From: a virus
DNA length: 64,000 bases
Reading direction: 5' to 3' (one strand)
Virus record (IMG/VR): IMGVR_UViG_3300025949_000001
Coordinates: 1-64,000 of that record
The notes under the pieces were generated by a model. It did no database searches, was not told the origin of the DNA, and was given only the letters and a program-made list of their open reading frames with translations. The stretch's first letter is position 1. Each line of letters opens with the position of its first letter. Shown here one piece after another: positions 59,402-64,000 of this stretch. Position numbers and translations under genes: made by a program.

Positions 59402-60050
59402 GCTCGGCCTCCAGTGCGTCGAGGATCGGCGGGTACACGGTATCGGGCGGTATGAACCGGCCCAGGCTGTCGATCGGCGCCCACGCGACATCCAGATTCT
59501 CGAGGGTGTCGGCATTGCGGGCCTGGCCGGTCAGGTAGTCGCACAGCAGGTACTCGCACACCACGCCCGTGAGCGGGTGCACGCGGCGGCCCAGATGCTC
59601 GCGGACGGCGGCGTGCACGCCGGTCTCGGCGAGGGTTTCGCTCACCGCGACCGCAGCCGGGTCGGCGCCGGGTTTGACCACGCCGGCCGGGAACTGCCAG
59701 CGCAGCGCGGCATTCTGCCCGGCGCGCCGGCACACCAGCAGCACGCTGCCTTCGCGGCGCACGACCGCGATGGCGACCGTGAGTGCCTGCGGGCCGGCGA
59801 CGGCGTCGCCTTCGCGGGCTTCCAGCAGGTGGGTGAAGCGTTGCGTCGCGGCGGCCGGGGCTTGCTCCAGGGCGGTGTCCAGGATCTGCTGCACCTCGGC
59901 GCGCGGCACCAATGCGGGCTCGGCGTGCCAGGCGGCCACGGTGCGCACCGCGACCCCGAGGCTGTGCGCGAAGGACTCGTTGGTGTGGCGCAGTGCGGCT
60001 TGCAGCAGGCAGGCGCGTTCGCCGGTCCAGCGTTCGACCACGACCGCCAC
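59382..60050 (-). CDS. HTH plus degenerate NUDIX protein
   Basis: NESFAHSLGVAVRTVAAW HTH; box PAGVVKPGADPAAVAVSETLAETG. Confidence 0.85.
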   Translation of the reverse strand: MAVVVERWTGERACLLQAALRHTNESFAHSLGVAVRTVAAWHAEPALVPRAEVQQILDTALEQAPAAATQRFTHLLEAREGDAVAGPQALTVAIAVVRREGSVLLVCRRAGQNAALRWQFPAGVVKPGADPAAVAVSETLAETGVHAAVREHLGRRVHPLTGVVCEYLLCDYLTGQARNADTLENLDVAWAPIDSLGRFIPPDTVYPPILDALEAERDPAAD

Positions 60051-60188
60051 GGAACTCGCCCCTCGTCGGGACTGCACTGCCGCTGCACCGCCGCATCCTC
60101 GATTGCGCGGCCCGCAACCAATGTACTCATTCGCGTGGAACGCAAGAATGGCCTGGGCGCGGCTGGCGATAACCTCCGAGACTCCCGG

Positions 60189-60680
60189 TCAGCTCGGCAC
60201 GATCTGCGGAATGCCGCACGCCGCGTCGAACGGCCCCTGGTCCGCCACCATCCTGTCCAGGTCGCTCGTCAGCGCCGTCAGCGCCGCGTTCTGCTTATCG
60301 AGGTCGTGCGCCTGCTGGGCGCCCTGCAGCTGGATGTAGTCCGTCGAGAGGCGCTCCGCGTCCTGCGCGACGGCGACGCTGAGCGGGTCGGAGCCGCCGT
60401 TCTCGGAGAAGACCAGGGTCAGTTGCGTGTAGAACGCGCTGGCGTCCGCGGCCTGCTTGTCGTCGGGTCCGTTCGCGTCGGCGGCAAAGGTGGCCTGCAT
60501 GCCGGCGACCAGTGTCCGTGCGGCGGCGCACAGGGCCGGGTTCGGGCCGGTTGGTGCGGCGGAACCGGGGGCCGGGCCGGTCGGGGAGCCGCCTGCGGAT
60601 GGCCGGTTGACGCCGCTCGAGCAGCCCGCGAGCGCGATGAGCCCGGCCGTGATGGCTGCGGCTGCGGCGGTGTGGCGCAT
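60189..60680 (-). CDS. Lipoprotein
   Basis: LAGC lipobox. Confidence 0.8.
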   Translation of the reverse strand: MRHTAAAAAITAGLIALAGCSSGVNRPSAGGSPTGPAPGSAAPTGPNPALCAAARTLVAGMQATFAADANGPDDKQAADASAFYTQLTLVFSENGGSDPLSVAVAQDAERLSTDYIQLQGAQQAHDLDKQNAALTALTSDLDRMVADQGPFDAACGIPQIVPS

Positions 60681-60809
60681 GTCGGTGTCCTCTCCCCCGC
60701 GCGGCCTGGTGCCGCGCACGCGCGCAGACTACGAGGTCTGCGACGCCCGGCGCGGCGCGTTGGCCGGATCGTGACCATCGCCCCCCGGGGGCGGCGCGAC
60801 CTCGGGCGA

Positions 60810-60919
60810 AAGAAGGCACGAAGTGTGGGGGGAACGCTCCTTTATGGCCAGCGTGACCCACGGGGGCAGTCCCATCTCTGGAGAGATGGATATATAGACC
60901 CAACACTTCGTGCCTTCTT
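60810..60919. repeat. 17-bp inverted repeat enclosing a hairpin and AT-rich patch (candidate origin 3)
   Basis: AAGAAGGCACGAAGTGT/ACACTTCGTGCCTTCTT; inner CCATCTCT-GG-AGAGATGG; ATATATA. Confidence 0.7.
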
Positions 60920-60920
60920 C

Positions 60921-62216
60921 CTACCCTCCGGTAACCCGCAGGTTCCGCCGGTCGTCGCGGTTGGCTTTGCACACCTTGACGGCCAGGGCGCCGTACTCGC
61001 CGGCGAGGCGCCACGGGCGCGGGACGCCGTGCTGCGGCTCGTCGAACTCGGACTCCTCCTCGACTGGGCACGCCGCCAGGCCGACCACCTGAAGGTCCTC
61101 GGCGGTGCGCCGCGCGACATGCTTGTGCAGTCCTGTGCGGCGGTGCAGCTCGGCCACCGTCAACTCCTCCCCCAGCGACAACTCGGCGAGCACCGCCATG
61201 CGCGGACGCGGAATCGTGTCCAGCGCGCACTGGCGGCAGATCGCAGTCGCGAACTCGTCCGGCTCCCCCAGCGCCTTCAGCGACTTGGCCAGTGCCTCCA
61301 ACTGGTGAACCAGCCGAGGCGGCTCCTCGATGGTGGGCAGGCCCTCCACTTCGCGGCGTCCGTAGGGATTGCGCGGGACGTCCGCGCGGCCGTAGCACGT
61401 CACGATCGCCGCATCCTCGATGGCTTCGTACACCTCGTCCGAGAGGTCGATCGCGCGCACCAGGCCGCGAGCCTCGCGGACCAGCTCGGCGGCGTAGGCG
61501 GCGGCGTCCTTCTGCCGCTGCTTGAAGTCCACGCAGTTGCGGCGCTTGCGTGCGGCGGCGCGCTTGGACTCGCTGTCCGATTCCGGCAGGCGACAGTAGA
61601 GCCAGCGCGGGCCGAGCGCGTCGGTGTGGCTGGTGTAGTTGTCGATCGCCGGGGTGACGCCTGCGAGCAGCGTGAGTCGGCCGGTCCAGCGCAGCGGCTC
61701 CATGTTGCCCACATCGCGGCTGACGCTGCCGTCGTAGGCGCGGCGCAGCAGGGCGAACAACTGGTCTCGCCCGCCGCGATCGCTGGTCGCCAGCACGGTG
61801 GAGAAGTCGCCGATGGTGACGAAGGAGCGCGACGCGTTGCGCGACAGGATTCCGGTCGGCCGCGGGTTCTTGCCTTTCGACCACGAGAGCAGCGCCGGAC
61901 CGGTCAGGTCGTCCACGTGGTCTTGTACGACGTCGTTGAGCAGGTCGATGGCCTCGGTCTTGCCGCCGGAGGGCGCGCCGACGATCTGGCCCCACAGCGG
62001 GTCGCCGTCCAGGGCGGAGGATACGGCGACCGCGACGGCGAATCGTATGTGGCCGTCGCCGTTACCGAGGTAGAGGTATTCGGCGGCGAGTTCGAGCAGT
62101 CGCGCGAGGTTGGGTCCGGGCGGCGGCGGGATGTGCTTGGCGATCTCCGTGTCATCCCAGCCCTGTTCGCGCAGCGCGGCGGCGTCGTCAGGGCCGGGCG
62201 CGAGGGCGTCGCTCAT
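60921..62216 (-). CDS. P-loop ATPase/helicase-like protein with C-terminal wHTH
   Basis: IVGAPSGGKT, LRRAYDG, LGPRW, LTVAELHRRTGL. Confidence 0.7.
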   Translation of the reverse strand: MSDALAPGPDDAAALREQGWDDTEIAKHIPPPPGPNLARLLELAAEYLYLGNGDGHIRFAVAVAVSSALDGDPLWGQIVGAPSGGKTEAIDLLNDVVQDHVDDLTGPALLSWSKGKNPRPTGILSRNASRSFVTIGDFSTVLATSDRGGRDQLFALLRRAYDGSVSRDVGNMEPLRWTGRLTLLAGVTPAIDNYTSHTDALGPRWLYCRLPESDSESKRAAARKRRNCVDFKQRQKDAAAYAAELVREARGLVRAIDLSDEVYEAIEDAAIVTCYGRADVPRNPYGRREVEGLPTIEEPPRLVHQLEALAKSLKALGEPDEFATAICRQCALDTIPRPRMAVLAELSLGEELTVAELHRRTGLHKHVARRTAEDLQVVGLAACPVEEESEFDEPQHGVPRPWRLAGEYGALAVKVCKANRDDRRNLRVTGG

Positions 62217-62569
62217 GCGGCACGCTCCGGCGCGTCGGCCTGCTCGGCGAAGTACTGCTCGGGCGTGAGTCGGCCGGTGAAGTCCCCTGGTCTGGGTTTG
62301 GCCCGCTCAAGTTCGCGCTCGCGCCGCCCGGCATGCGAAGGCCGGTTCGCTCCGGAGCGAACCGTAGTCGCCAGGTGCGCCCACCAGGCCGCCATCTCCT
62401 CGTGCGCCGCAGCGTACCCGGCCTCGTACCCGTCGCCGTGTCCCGCGTCGTACGCCCACTGCTCGCGCCGCTGGACGTCGCGCAGTTCGGCGGCGAAGTT
62501 CGGCATCCACGGGCAGCGCGTCACTTCGCAGCCGCTGAGCCCAGCCGGACGTTCATCGAGGGCCGTCAC
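62213..62569 (-). CDS. Hypothetical protein
   Basis: YDAGH.DGYEAGY; coupled. Confidence 0.6.
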   Translation of the reverse strand: MTALDERPAGLSGCEVTRCPWMPNFAAELRDVQRREQWAYDAGHGDGYEAGYAAAHEEMAAWWAHLATTVRSGANRPSHAGRRERELERAKPRPGDFTGRLTPEQYFAEQADAPERAA

Positions 62570-62591
62570 CGGACAGCCGCCGAACTGGCCG

Positions 62592-63362
62592 CTAGTCCAC
62601 CGGGACGCGGTACCTGAACTCGAAGCGGTCGCCCGCGCAGGCGAACACGGTCACCTCTACCGGACGGTCGTCCTGCGTGTAGAGGGTCCGCACCAGATCC
62701 ACGACGGGAGTGCCCGGGTGCAGCCGCAGCGCCGCCGCCTCGTCGGGCGTCGGCATCCGGGCCACCAGATCCTCCACCGCATAGGCCAGTGGCAGTCCCA
62801 GTTCGCGCTTGAGGTAGGCGTGCACGCCGCCCGGCACCTCTGCGGCGGTGCGCAGCACAGGGTCCTCGGCGAACTCCTGCGGGAAGTAGCTCAGCGCCAC
62901 CTGCGCCGGTTCCCCGTCGAGCGTCAGCATCACCCGGCGCAGCAGCAGCGCATCGCCTTCGCCGACCCCCAGCAGCTCGGCGACCTTCGTCGGCGCGGGT
63001 TCGAGGCGCGCCGTGGTGACCTCCTGGCCTCGCTCGAAGTCCTGCTTTTTCGCCTCGGCCTTCATCGGCGGCGTCCCCTCGGGTCGGCGCTGCGAGAGGT
63101 GTCGTGTCGATCCCTCGCGGCGCATTCGGCGCGGGTGCCGTACGAAGGTGCCTTTGCCCTGCCGGGTGACGACCAGTCCTTCGGACTCCAACTGGCCGAT
63201 GGCCTGCCGCACGGTACCCAGGGCGCTGCCGGACTCTTCGATCAACTCGCCGAGGGTCGGGAGTTTGTCGCCGTCGCGCAACTCCCCGCGCGTGATTCGC
63301 CTGCGCAGGCCGTTCGCGATCTGCGCATAGGCCGGCGTCGGGTCGCCCGGATTGACGGTCAC
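62592..63362 (-). CDS. Second GntR/UTRA regulator
   Basis: PAYAQIANGLRRRI..GEL..GDKLPT, QGKGTFVR, ARMPTPDE. Confidence 0.92.
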   Translation of the reverse strand: MTVNPGDPTPAYAQIANGLRRRITRGELRDGDKLPTLGELIEESGSALGTVRQAIGQLESEGLVVTRQGKGTFVRHPRRMRREGSTRHLSQRRPEGTPPMKAEAKKQDFERGQEVTTARLEPAPTKVAELLGVGEGDALLLRRVMLTLDGEPAQVALSYFPQEFAEDPVLRTAAEVPGGVHAYLKRELGLPLAYAVEDLVARMPTPDEAAALRLHPGTPVVDLVRTLYTQDDRPVEVTVFACAGDRFEFRYRVPVD

Positions 63363-63495
63363 AACTCAACTCCCTGTCCTCGCCTTCTTTGAGTCTAGCG
63401 ACAGAGTTGACAGAGCCACACTTATAGAAGACTATCAGAGGTAGCACACCGTGAGAATCGATGCAAACGCAGCAACGGCAGCGAGGGAGGCGTCA

Positions 63496-63714
63496 GTGAG
63501 TAGCCCCAAGGCCCCGGCCGGATTCAACGAGCCGAGCTTCTCGGTGGGGGAGTTCGCCGACGCCATCGGCGTGCACCGCGTCACGGTGCGCCGCTGGATC
63601 AACCGGGGCCTTCTGGCGCACTGGCTGACCCCGACCGGGCGTGTCCGCATCCCGCAGAGCGCAGTCGACTCGGGCGTCAAGGTCCGGGCTGCCACCGAGA
63701 CGCACGCCGCATGA
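63496..63714 (+). CDS. Second excisionase-like HTH protein
   Basis: SVGEFADAIGVHRVTVRRWI..G...TPTGRVRIP. Confidence 0.85.
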   Translation: MSSPKAPAGFNEPSFSVGEFADAIGVHRVTVRRWINRGLLAHWLTPTGRVRIPQSAVDSGVKVRAATETHAA

Positions 63715-63788
63715 ACACGAAAACGGCTCGGCTGGAGGGCGAACTCCAGCCGAGCCGACGATCCGCCACCTTGGAGGGAAACCGGATC

Positions 63789-64000
63789 ATGCAGAGCCTA
63801 ACCGGAACCGACACCACCGCGCTCGCTCTGGCCGCGGCGGCCACCACCGCCTGCCAGGTGCTGCCCGGCTGCACCGTCGACCACGGCGACCCGGAGATCG
63901 GCGACGCCTTCCACTACACCCGCAACACCTGGACCGGCCCGATCGCCACCAACGTCGAGATCACCACCGACGGCGAGGTTGTCCTCGCGATCGGCAACGG
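63789..64000 (+). CDS. Hypothetical protein (partial)
   Basis: GGAGG RBS, open to the window edge. Confidence 0.5.
   Translation, partial: MQSLTGTDTTALALAAAATTACQVLPGCTVDHGDPEIGDAFHYTRNTWTGPIATNVEITTDGEVVLAIGN

Noticed and set aside
58884-63392. 1502-aa plus-strand ORF
   Set aside because: Antisense shadow of six clear minus-strand genes; no motifs; typical high-GC artefact
63407-63440. Operator for the second GntR matching the first
   Set aside because: TTGACA is present, but no ACHTCT-N4-AGADGT copy or convincing -10 could be assigned
1-64000. CRISPR array, rRNA, complete tRNA, reverse transcriptase/DGR, IS transposase
   Set aside because: No repeat-spacer periodicity, full cloverleaf, RT or DDE motifs recognised by eye; a computational scan could still find something missed

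Overview
High-GC (roughly 70%) actinomycete temperate phage DNA; no host housekeeping genes were recognised. At the left edge are terminase large (partial) and small subunits on the minus strand, a candidate intact attP, a large serine integrase and a repressor/Cro switch with visible operators. A long rightward early region (about 4.8-43 kb) encodes YqaJ+ERF recombination, a DnaQ exonuclease, DUF5131, Dam, ASCH, VRR-NUC, BRO, a PAPS-reductase-family protein, an iteron-containing initiator, two tandem DnaB genes, an XRE-XRE-HNH fusion, WhiB, a tyrosine recombinase with a Cys/His tail, a STAS anti-anti-sigma factor and MazG. A leftward arm (about 43.6-56.8 kb) converges on it and encodes a Zn-finger DEDDh exonuclease, an RNA end-healing-like cluster, an ImmA/IrrE homologue lacking its catalytic Glu, a GIY-YIG nuclease and a second initiator. 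The right end (55-64 kb) has two AICE/satellite-like cores (GntR-UTRA, Xis-like HTH, NUDIX pair, lipoproteins, P-loop ATPase, inverted-repeat origin candidate). The main leads are up to three replication modules with two recombinases, PafBC-like DNA-damage promoters on leaderless nuclease genes, TTA codons next to Walker motifs of TerL and DnaB, a direct-repeat-flanked STAS cassette and several structured RNA candidates. All calls come from motif reading by eye; no database searches were run.
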